Translations under genes and position numbers: made by a program
In this document: positions 53,101 to 64,000 of the stretch, piece by piece
How positions within the stretch are numbered: the first letter of the stretch is position 1
Layout of the letters: the number at the start of each line of letters is the position of its first letter
Notes under the pieces: generated by a model
Database searches by the model: none
What the model saw: the letters and a program-made list of their open reading frames with translations, nothing else
What the model was told of the DNA's origin: nothing
From: Octopus sinensis
Lineage: Eukaryota
Assembly (NCBI RefSeq): GCF_006345805.1
Contig: NC_043016.1
Coordinates: 21,700,001-21,764,000 of the forward strand
DNA: 64,000 bases
Reading direction: 5' to 3'

Positions 53101-56100
53101 AATCTTCCTAAAAAATTAAGATCATGTTGGGGAAAAAATTATGTGTACGTGCGTGCGGTATCCTTTAATTAAACTTTAATGTGTATTTTTTGTCCTAATT
53201 TTAGCCTTGCTCATTATTCTTTGGAAGCTTTCTTGCTCTTGAACAACTACATTTTTTATATCATATAATTGACAAAGTATTTTGCAGTTTATCCATTACT
53301 ATGATATAAAAAATAATCATTAAGGTTGTGAATTGAGAGAATTGTTGGAGCTTTGCAGAAAGTGTTCATGCATTGGCTGTTCCTAAACTGAGCTCAACTT
53401 CAATTAAGATGAAATTTGTCATCTTTCCAGGTTTTATATAATATTTTTTTAAGCACTGGAGATGAGTATTTTGTTAAGCACAGGTTAATTGTGAGGAATT
53501 ATTAAAGAAGAAAAAAGAAAACAAAACTTTTTGATAAAAAATTTTAATGATAACGATATCTTTATATTTGAAGGGTGCAGTAGAAATTTTTTGAAAAGGG
53601 ATATATGTAAGTAACTAGCTTATATCTTTTCACTTTGTAGCAGTATAACATATCTGAGTTGATTTCAACATAGGATCTATAACTATTTTCAAGGATTTTG
53701 TCAGCACTTCATAAGTTTTGTGAAACAATGATGAAGAGGAGGGTAGTGTTAGCAGTGGTAATGGTTATAATTTTGATGATGTTGAGACTGATGATGAAGA
53801 TGAATTATTTAATGTAAATTAGATATTATTAGCATCAATTTGAGACAAAAGCAGCAATGGACTCATAATTTGTGATTTTTTTGTATCAAATTATTTTATA
53901 TAAGGGTTCAACAAATTTTACATTAAAAATATTAGGAATTAATTCTTATTTTAATTGTTACAGAGACCACCAGATACAAACACATATGCAAACATACATA
54001 TGTATGTATCATTAGGATCATCATTTATTGATGATAATGATTATGATTATGTATGTATGTATTTTCTTCCCGAACTGCAAAAATCACTTGTATTTTAAAA
54101 TTTTCCTAAAATATATTAAAAAAATTTTTCTAAATTAAAAAAAGAAAAATTTTTTTACTAAAAACTTCATGTGAATTTTTTGCAATTATTTAAGAGTCAG
54201 AAATATTTAGTGTAAATAATAATAATAGTTTCAAATTTTAGTACAACACTGGCAGTCTCAGAAGAAAGGGTTTAGTCTATGAACTTCAGTACTTGACTAG
54301 TACTCATTTCATTGATCCCCAAAAAATAAAAAGCAAAGTTGAGCTTTCATCATTTTAGGATCAAATAATAATAATGAAAAAAGTGATGTAAGCAAAATTT
54401 TGATACTTGTTTACTTGATATAATCATAGTTTTCAAAAAGACCTTTGTTTTTCCTTCCCTTCTCTGTCTATCTGTTTTTATGTGTGAATGTCTATGTTTG
54501 TGTGTCCATATGTCCCTAACAAATGATATCTGATAAGATGAATTTTAACATATGCAAAGAAATGTTTGTAAACCCTAAAATAGATCACCCAGAGAATATT
54601 ATGTTATTTATTTTTTTTTATAATTTGAAAAAGTAAATGTTTGTGTTTAAAAATGCTTTGAAGTTTAACTGTTCCTTTTGGTAAATAAATTTATACTTAA
54701 AATGTTTACTTATTATGCTAACTTTAGGATTCAATCCATTTTGGCTGATGCTGCTATTTCTTTAGAAAATAAATTTGTGATTTACCTTCAATGTAATAAA
54801 CACTTGTCTTCTTCTTCTTCTTCAAGCAGTGCACTAGCAGAAGTATTGGTATGCTGGACAAAATACTTAGCAGCATTTTTGCCAATCTTACTATTCTGTC
54901 AAGGTTTACCTTTCATCCGTTTAGGGTCAATAAAATAAATATCTGCCAAGTACTGTTGTAATCAATTTTCCCCTCTTCTCAAAAACTGCAGGTTTTGTGA
55001 CAAAATTTGAAACTATTATTATTATTATTATTATTATTTAGCACCAAAAATTTACAAATATAATCTCATTTGAAATGACTGTCGGGTACATTTTTTTTGA
55101 GTGCCTGTTTCTAAGAAATGGGAAGTGAAATTTTATTTTGATAATTATCAAATATCAATTTAATTAATAAAACTTTTATATTGCTCTTTTTTTTTTAAAT
55201 GTTTGCAAAGTTTCTTCAGATACTTTATATAAAAATCATTTAACATTTTTAAAATTCAAATAAATTCATATAGACACCATTTAAAAAATTTGTTATGTAG
55301 TGTTGTAAATAATGCTATCTTTAATTCTATGAAAATTTACAAATCTCTTAAACTAAAAATTGAAATATTTATTGTTTTACTCTTACCAACTAAATAGTTA
55401 TATATCTATAGTTCAAACGAAAATTTTTCATCGAGTATAAATTAAAATTTAAATTTTTTCTCTAGAATAGGTATGTGTAATACTGAAATTTATAAAAAAG
55501 CTAAATGTATCCTGATACCGCTTCTATAACAAGTTATGACATTGATCCATTAACTACCCAGAAATTTAAGATATGAAAGGGTTTTTTATAAAATGTATGA
55601 TCTCAGAAGGTTACTTTATATAAGGGTCTTTTTACTATTTGTTTCTTGCACATTCTATAAATCTTTCTGTAATATATTTCATATGCATGAAGGGACCTAG
55701 CAGCATATGAATGAAGAGGTTATTTACTAGTTATTTATAACTGAAAGTAAATCTTAAATTATTTAGCAGAGGGGAAAATATCTAGAAACATGCTATAAAT
55801 AATTAACTCTTAGTATATAAAAATAAATTTAGCTTTAGTTCACAAAATGTGATTCCATGTAGAAAAAGATGATCATTACAGATATACACACACGCACTCC
55901 CTCATGCCTTTATATATATATATATAAAACAACAAAAATTAAAACTTTGGACATAGAGTTACCAAAGGTTTCGTATCCACAATATAAAGTGTGAGATGCG
56001 TAGTATTGTTTCGTTATTTTAACTTAATGAATTTAAATAACAAACTAGCATCACTAAATATGTCACAGTGACATATTTATATATTGAAAATTTGTAAAAT

Positions 56101-57179
56101 GTTTTTACAGAATTTAAAGGTTTATTGTTATGTATGGAAATAAATGCTTTGAAAGTTTTACATTTTAATCAGTAAGAATCCATTTCCGAAATTTTTCTCA
56201 GCAGATAAGTTTATTTCTAGTCAATGAATTAGACTGTGCTGATTGGAATTTGGAAATGTAAAATAGAAAATATATCAGTGAGGTAAACTAAACATTTGAC
56301 ATTTCTAAAAACTTGTGGCTATTGATTTTTTGCAGGAAAGTAAAAAAAAAAATGGTAAACAGAAAAATAAAAATTAAAACTAATTAAATTAAAACTAATT
56401 AAATCAAAACAGCTAAATAACTTGTCAGAAAGTTATAAAAGATGAGATTTTTTTCTCATCATTAACCAAAAAAATAAAAAAGAAAGAAAAAGAAATGTCT
56501 GATTGATACTGGAGTCTTAGTTTAGATTATTGAAATAATGATGTAATAACTTTGGATAGATATTTTTAAGGATCAATAGATCCTTTTAAGTATCAATAGA
56601 TCCTTTTAAGTATCAATAGATTTATTTCTATCTTAGGTAGAGAAATTGAGAGATTCTCTTCATTACTGAAGAAGAATCACTGCAAGGTACACACTTAAGC
56701 CATTCAACACACCAAAAACTGTTTCAGTGATCTGGCTTTAGTTTGTTAGACGAAAATTTTGACACCAAATAATAATAGTCCAAGTGAATTTGACAGTAAA
56801 ATTTGTCTACCATGCTATAATTGTTTTAGTTTCAACATAGTCTTGGATCAAATCACTTGCTTAGCAAGTACATCACCTATATATATATATATATATATAA
56901 ATATATATATATATATTATATATATATATATCATCATCATTGTTTAATGTTTGTCTTACATGCTGGCATGGGTGGGATTGTTTGACAGAAGCTGGCCAGG
57001 CAGAACCTGCACCAGACATATATATATATAAAATGACTTCTTCTCTTTTTCTCTACACCTTGACAAATAACTGTATCCAAAATGTTGGATATTCCACTCC
57101 TCATGACAATTCCCTCAACCCCTTTTACTGTTTTCTTATTTTTTCAAGTCTTGCCAATGCAGATCTTTTTAGATCATTG

Positions 57180-57410
57180 CCTAATTAGTGGTGCAAAACT
57201 CTCAAGTGAGCCTAGCAGCAGAAGGTCTTCTAAAGATAACCCTACCCTCTTCAGGCAATTGTTTCAGCCCCTAACTTCTTACACTCTAAGTAACCAGCCA
57301 GAATCTAGGTTGCGACTCGTGAATGCCCTTCTACTGACATCTTTTAGCCACTTGGATATTGAGGACTTGTGCATTTAAACCACTTGATTTAAATGCACAA
57401 GTCTCTAAAA
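57180..57410 (-). mobile_element. RTE-like LINE 3' fragment
   Basis: Minus-strand remnant resembling GRPxxTW...VGLSLEDLLL..S.ESF at RTE C-termini. Confidence 0.45.
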
Positions 57411-57451
57411 GACATAAAGACAAAAATAATGTTTGGTGTTGATGACGATGG

Positions 57452-57503
<52 letters not shown>

Positions 57504-58691
57504 ATATTTATATGTATATGAATATAAGACAAAACACCCCTAGAACAAAACACCCTCAGACAATACATAATAGTTAAAGTATGAAAGTAGACAAAACCCC
57601 CTCGATTATATTTTTCAGTTATTTTTCGACTTTCTCCTGTTTTACTTATTGCAGTTATTAGATTATGGCTATATCAAACCCAGAATTTTTTTTAAGCTCT
57701 TCAAAATTACCTCTAATATATCTTTTATTTGTTTCAATCATTTGATTGCAGCTTTGCTGGAGCACCGCCTTTAGTTGAACAAATTGACCCTAGGACTTAT
57801 TCTTTGTAAGCCTAGTACTTATTCTATTTTCGCCAAACCGTTAAGTTATGGGGACATAAACACACCAGCATCAGTTGTCAAACCATGGAGTGGGACAAAC
57901 ACAGACACACAAGCACCCCCCCCCCCCACTTTTTTTAATATTTTGTACTTGTTAAATCATTAGACTGTGGCCATGTTGGGGCACTGCCTTGAAGGATTTT
58001 TAGACAAATGTATCAACCCCCAGAACTTCTTTGAGGTGATTTTTAACCAGCGCATGAAATTAAGCCTAGATGGTCTCTCCAAATGCTAGAAATAACAGCC
58101 AAATCTCATGAATTTTTTTTTATAATTACATGTAAGCAAAAACGGAAATTGCAGTTGTAAAAAAACTTTTATTTTCCAAAATTCCAATTTTTATGCAAGC
58201 AAAATATATTCAATCAAAAATAAATAAATAGAATAGATTAACAGAACACAAGACTCTTTACTACTCAATATACATATTGTCTGAATTCTAACAAAAAGGA
58301 AAGCATTTACTTAAAAAAAATGTGTAGAAAAATAGAACTACATTTGGACAACTAGCCTTCAGCACCATAGCTCTATTAGGCCTTCAATGGCCAGAGAAAG
58401 TTAAAAAGGTCAGTTCATTTGCATTAATCTCTAAGTGCAGAGAGAAGAAAACAAAAGACTTTAAATTTTAATTTTAAACTGGTGATTTTTTTTGTGACTG
58501 AAAATTCTTCAAGGTATTGCCCTAGCATAGTTGCAGTCTAATTAATAACTGAAACAAGTAAACAAAAAAAAAAATGAAAAATCGAGGGGCTTTTGCACTT
58601 TATCTAAGATGGTTTTGTCCCAGGTTTTTTTTGTCCAGATCCCTGTTGGGAAGCAAGGTTCTAAGCATGCAGCCAGCTATGCCTGTGGCTG

Positions 58692-58729
<38 letters not shown>

Positions 58730-58769
58730 ATATTATATATATATATTCACAAATAAATGCTTGACAGTG

Positions 58770-58840
58770 ACTTTGAAGTTTCAGCTTAGCTGCTTTTGTA
58801 AGACCATCTGACAAAGACATCTGAACTGAAACTTTGAAGT
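58770..58840 (+). ncRNA. Candidate pre-miRNA-like hairpin
   Basis: 30 in-register positions pair (58770-58799 with 58840-58811) with 3 mismatches and 4 G-U wobbles; 11-nt loop; non-repetitive context. Confidence 0.45.
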
Positions 58841-60479
58841 AATTGTGAAAATAAACTAAATGTAATACATTTACTCAAATGTATTGAGTGACCCTTCTGT
58901 TTGAGTATTTTATACATAACTATGCTTGAAAACAAACAATATATATATATATATATAATATATATATATATGTATGTATGTATGTTAAATATATCATGGG
59001 TAGACGGGGGGGGGGGGGCTGAGAGGCATGTGCCCCACCACTCAAGAAAAGAAGTGCACCTTTCTAAATAATGTTATTACATCCTTTTCTCTTGGAATTG
59101 TATTCTCTCATGTCCTTCCTTTGAAAAAATTTTGGGACTCCTCCTATATATGTCATCATCATCATCATTGTTTAATGTCTGCCTTCCATACTGGCATGGG
59201 TGGGATGGTTTGACAGGAGCCGGCTAGGCAGAAGCCTGTATCAGATTTCTGTCACTGTTTTGGCAGGATTTTTACAGTTGGATGCCCCTCCTAACACCAA
59301 TCACTCAGCAGAGTAGACTTAGTGCTTTTTATCTAAATCTAAATCTTAATAATAATGATGGTAGCACTCACAGTTCTAATCATTGGACAAATATTCGTGC
59401 TTGCTTTACTTGATCTTAATACAGCTAATAATGTACCTCGTGATAAGAGGTTGTGTAATTTAGAGTCTTATCAATTGCCCTCTGAGGGTCAATTGCTTAT
59501 AGTATAACATTATCTCTAAATATATTGCTACCATTACAGGGACCCACCCTGCAAGAATTTACACTGATGCAATGATCAATTTTAAGTGTCAGATTCTTGC
59601 AAATCTAGGCTCATTCCCAAATATTAACTAGTAAATAATCTACCTCCCTGGCCACCCAGGTCTATCACCTCAAAGCTGAGGGTGTTTCCCATAACATTTC
59701 ATGGCCCATATTTGATAGTGGAATTCTGTACATGAGACACCATTGACCATGTGACTTATGCTGCTGGAAGTCTCTCAGTATATTGCATGAGTATCAGATC
59801 TGCCTCCTTAATTGTGTCTCTGGTGTAATTACTCCTTGCCATCACAAATATTGCAAAACTTTCTCTCATTTCCATAAATCTTTATGTTCTGTCTGAACTA
59901 ATTAAACTTTCCTTTCCACTCTTCACTGTAATACTCCATTCTTAATGGTTGTATTCCTTGTACTACATACAGATTTTGGCCATTCTTGAGTTTTCTTGTG
60001 TTTAACAGAACTGAGTAAAACCTTTACATAGGATCATAGGCATAAGAAAATATTCACTAGAGATAACATAAGAGCCTTGTTCAGTGTGCACCTACTGCAA
60101 AAATAAATATTAGAACCCTAAAGCCATGGACAGAGGCAGGATGCTTATGTAGGATTTACAGTGAGTGCTCAGGGAATGGTGAATGCAATGCAGAAGATGT
60201 GGTCTATAAAGAAGTAGTGGTGCAACATAGAATTAGAAATATGTTGAAGTAATAGAAAGGGCCTTTAAGGCCAGATGGAATATGTCAATGACCTTCCTTT
60301 AAAATCCAAGCAAGGCAAAATGTTACATATTTAACCAGCTATACATGGCAATTAAATCTACATATGGCAATTAAAGCTACGCAATTAAAATAACACTGTA
60401 CGAAATCAACTAGATTTTTCTGAACAGTTTGGGATAAATATATGAATGGCAATAGGAAAAGCAGGCTCTGCTTGGCTAA

Positions 60480-62640
60480 GAGAATCATCATCATTTAAGG
60501 TTCCTTTTATTATACTGGCATGTGTTAGATGATTTAACAGGAACTGATGATGCAGAAGGCTGCACTGAGTTTCAATTTCTGCTAGGCATGGTTTCTACAA
60601 CTGAATGCCCTTCCTAATGCCAATCACTTCACAGAGTGTGCTGGGTGCTTTTGTGTGGTGCCAGCACTGGTGAGATTATAAGTATTTCCAAGACAAGACT
60701 CTTCAACTGAGTGGGGTATGTATTGAAGGATATGAAAGTATGGTAGAGGAAAAAGAGCAGGTGTCTTGCTGAAGTGGTGAATACACGGCTTCCCCATCTG
60801 AAAAGAGAAATATGTGAGGTTAAGTTACAAGGTGAATATGAGAGAGATTAGGGATAGAATAACAGAAAAGGTGGGTGGGTAGGTAAATGTACTTGAATGA
60901 AAGTTTATGAGAGGTGATTAAAGATAGTGATTGAGACAGGTACAGTAAGTGCACTAGAGTGTAAAGAGTGTGACAGATGATTAGAGAAGGGAATCCAAGT
61001 GGATGTAGTGAATATCAATTCGGGTGGGGAGTCACAAAAAAGGATATAGAGTGGGTCAGAGAGGAGGAGGAGGCAGTGATAAGGGACAGTAGTAGTAGTG
61101 ATACACTGTGAAGTGTAGGGAGATGAGTGGTATTATTTAGAGCACCTAAGTGAAAAGTACCATCGTTAGGTGATTGAGGGAAAGATTGAGAGTTAGAAAA
61201 TGAGTTATGGGGGAGGCTTGATGGGATCTCATTTTTGCTGGGGTGATCAGGTCTACTTGAGCACAGCATATCACCATTCAGTTCAGTCACTAGTGATCTC
61301 CTCTGAGAGGCTCAACATTTTGAGGTCACTTCATGTATTCTTGGATCTTCTTCCTTAGGTTTCATCCATATTTAGCAATCAGCACTTCTTGATACAGCTA
61401 ATTTGATACCTCTGTAATTACTTTTCTCTATGGCATCTCTGTTATTTTTGTAACAGTTGATTAGAATGCTGCTACACCACTTTTGTGTACAACTTGGTTA
61501 AGTATTTAGGTGACTAGGCAATATCTTACTTCAACAGATATTTTAAGCATTTCAGCAGTAATTCCTGATGGACCGGGGACTTTCCCTATCTTCATATTCT
61601 TAATTGCTTTTTCTATCGCACTGCTGTCAACAAGAATGGCTGGACCCAATGTCAGGTTTATATCAGGAAAATTCTCTTTCTCTAATTCATTCTCCCCATT
61701 TAGCAGCCTCCCCATTTACCACTTCCATACCTCTTTCTTTTCAGAATCACTAAGTACAAGAATACCATCATCCTTCTCTCCAATAACATCTTGATTTTTC
61801 TGAAACATTCCAGAACACTTCATTCCTTTGGTCCATTGGCAAACCCCTTTTGTGCCTCTCACCTTGCTAAATAGATCTGTCACCTAGCTCCTTCTAGTTA
61901 CCTGGTAGAATTCTCTGCTGCCTCTTTTCTCCAAAAACCTTCTAAACCAGTCTCTTTCTTTTTATGACTGTCTACTTCACTATTCCACTACATTGTTATT
62001 CTTGGTCTGGCTGAAAGTTTGTACCAGCCACAAATTTGTTCTTTTGGTCTCAGTGGGTTGACTTGTGAGAACTTCTCAGTGGGTTGACTCTATGTTATAT
62101 ATCTCTAGCTCCTCCTCTTTTCCCCCAAATGTTTCAATTAGAATGTCTCAAAATCTCTGCCTGAAGGTTCTCCTTTTCCACACTGTTTGTGGTACAGAGT
62201 TCTAGTTTTAAGTCTGAAGTCACTAACTACTGATTTATGTTGAGTAGTACATTCTTCAACTGGGAAGGACTTTGCACTCAAAAATATCTGCCTATTCCTT
62301 TGAGAATATTCCCGATGAGAATGTAGTCAATGTAACTTTTGTGTCCTTCTGTACACAAAAGGTAATCAAGTGGCTAGTGACTGGTAGGTTTTCTGAACTT
62401 AATATTGCAGATCATTAAGTCATTAGCATTACAGAACACCAGCAGTTGTGTTTCCACCTCATTTCTAGAATCAAAGCTGTAACATCCATGTACACCACGA
62501 AATTCATTTGAGTGCTGCTCAACATGTTCATTGAAATCACCAATCACAATAATAGGGTCTTTGTCATTTGTCTTCAATGTAATCTGCAGAAGGGACCAAT
62601 AGAATTAGTTTTCCTGTTCATTTGCCTTGGGAACTATATG
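60480..62640 (-). mobile_element. Degenerate RTE-clade LINE including the APE endonuclease region
   Basis: DPIIVIGDFNEHV...VHGCYSFDSRNEVETQLLVFCNANDLMICNIKFRK (APE); IEKAIKNMKIGKVPGPSGITAEMLK (pre-RT). Confidence 0.85.
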
Positions 62641-62721
62641 TTGAGATAAATGTTACTGTTGTATAATCTAAAACTAATCTAACTTTCCTACATACACATG
62701 TACACATACACACACGCATAT

Positions 62722-62764
<43 letters not shown>

Positions 62765-62815
62765 ATGCACAGGACATATGTGCATATGAGCATAAATACA
62801 TTGTACATATACATA

Positions 62816-64000
62816 CGAGGTTTGATCAAAAACTATTAGGACTGTTGCTATGGTAGAGAAGCTAAAGTATGCTGAGTGAAGCTACTTGGCACAGATTGAT
62901 CTTGAACTCTGTCATACATGCACACCAAGTGATAACATTCTTTCTCACTTCCATTGTTTATTGCAGTACTTGGAAGTAAAGTATGTAGTGTGTGGTCATC
63001 TCATCACACCATAGAGGTTCCAGTAGTGACCATGACAGAGAAAATTGGTCAGAGAATTTACATCAAATTTTGCCAAAAGTCTATGAAGAGTTTATGAGCA
63101 AGACATGTGTGTACAAGTGGTTCAAATGTTTCTAAGATGGCTGACAAAATTTCAACAGTGGCACACATTCCAGGAGACCTGCAACTAGCAGATCTAATGA
63201 AAACATCACAGAGATGCAAGAAGCTGTTCAGAAAGACTGTTGAATCACCATGCATGAGTTGTCAGAGTATGTCAATTTTAGTTACGGTTCAGTTCAGTTC
63301 GTTCTCATTAAAGATTTGTGTATGAGATGTGTGTCTGCCAAGTTCATGCTAAAACTGCTTTCAGTTGACCAAAAAGAAGACTGAATTTCAGAAGCACAAG
63401 ATTTATATGAATGTGTTGCGGAAGATAAAAAATTTTTGAAACGCATCATAACAGGTGATGAATCTACAGACTAAGGCTATGAACATGTGTCATGACTCAG
63501 TCTTTGTATTGGAAGACCCCAATTTCTCCAAGACCAAAGAAAGCACAAATAAGTTGAAGCAATGTGAAGACAATGTTGGCATCATGAGTATGCTCCACCT
63601 GGTCAGACAGTAAACAAAGAGTACTTTTGTGACATGGTATGGTGTTTGCAGGATGATGCTTGTTGGAAAAGGACAGAATTGCATGTGTCTGGTGAGTGGC
63701 AACTCCACCATGACAACATACCTGCTCATTCAGCACAGCTTGTGCAACAATGTTTGGTCAAGTACAACATTCCCTAGGTCCAACAACCACAATGTTCTTC
63801 AGATCTTACCCCTTGTGACTTTTTCCTCTTTACAAAAATCAAATCCTATTTGAAAGGAACAAGATTTGAAGACATTGAAGAAATCCAAGAAAATGTAACA
63901 AGTCAGATGCTCACTATCCCCAAGAAGAGTTTCACGAATGCTTCTATCAATGGAAACAACGGAAACAGTGTATGACTTTAGAAGAGGACTACTTTGAAGG
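62816..64000 (+). mobile_element. Near full-length degenerate mariner element, right end cut by the window
   Basis: TA-CGAGGTTTGATCAAAAA terminus; MTEKIGQRIYIKFCQK at 63032; ITGDES; SSDLTPCDFFLFTKIKSYLKGTRFEDIEEIQENV; EDYFE at the edge. Confidence 0.9.

Noticed and set aside
53720-53820. Acidic stretch NDEEEGSVSSG...DDVETDDEDELF as an exon
   Set aside because: No convincing splice sites or extended ORF; probably a decayed transposase piece or GAT-rich sequence.
56572-56622. 20-bp tandem duplication (ATCAATAGATCCTTTTAAGT, about 2.4 copies)
   Set aside because: Ordinary slippage duplication with no further structure.
59340-60130. Possible L1/Tx1-like retroelement remnant
   Set aside because: Too degenerate to show a diagnostic motif by eye.

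Overview
Eukaryotic, AT-rich, microsatellite- and transposon-dense DNA. The repeat landscape looks like a coleoid cephalopod, probably Octopus (inference; not confirmed by search). One protein-coding gene is recognisable: the 5' part of a CBP/p300 (CREB-binding protein) gene on the minus strand. Nine coding exons lie between 30916 and 25431 (N-terminus, LxxLL motif, TAZ1, KIX, Pro/Gln-rich linker), followed by an intron of more than 25 kb that runs off the left edge; the bromodomain/HAT exons are outside the window. Exon 2 as given has a one-base frameshift near 30299, most likely an assembly error. The region upstream of the CBP ATG carries chained uORFs with a TAATG stop-start overlap and a CpG-rich promoter. 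The long intron is filled with degenerate RTE and CR1 LINEs, Penelope-like pieces with hammerhead-ribozyme-like motifs, SINEs, fold-back elements and satellites. The 32 kb upstream of CBP has no recognisable gene. It holds LINE, SINE and mariner remnants, a perfect ERE palindrome and a good pre-miRNA-like hairpin at 58770-58840. Transposon boundaries are approximate and were read by eye.
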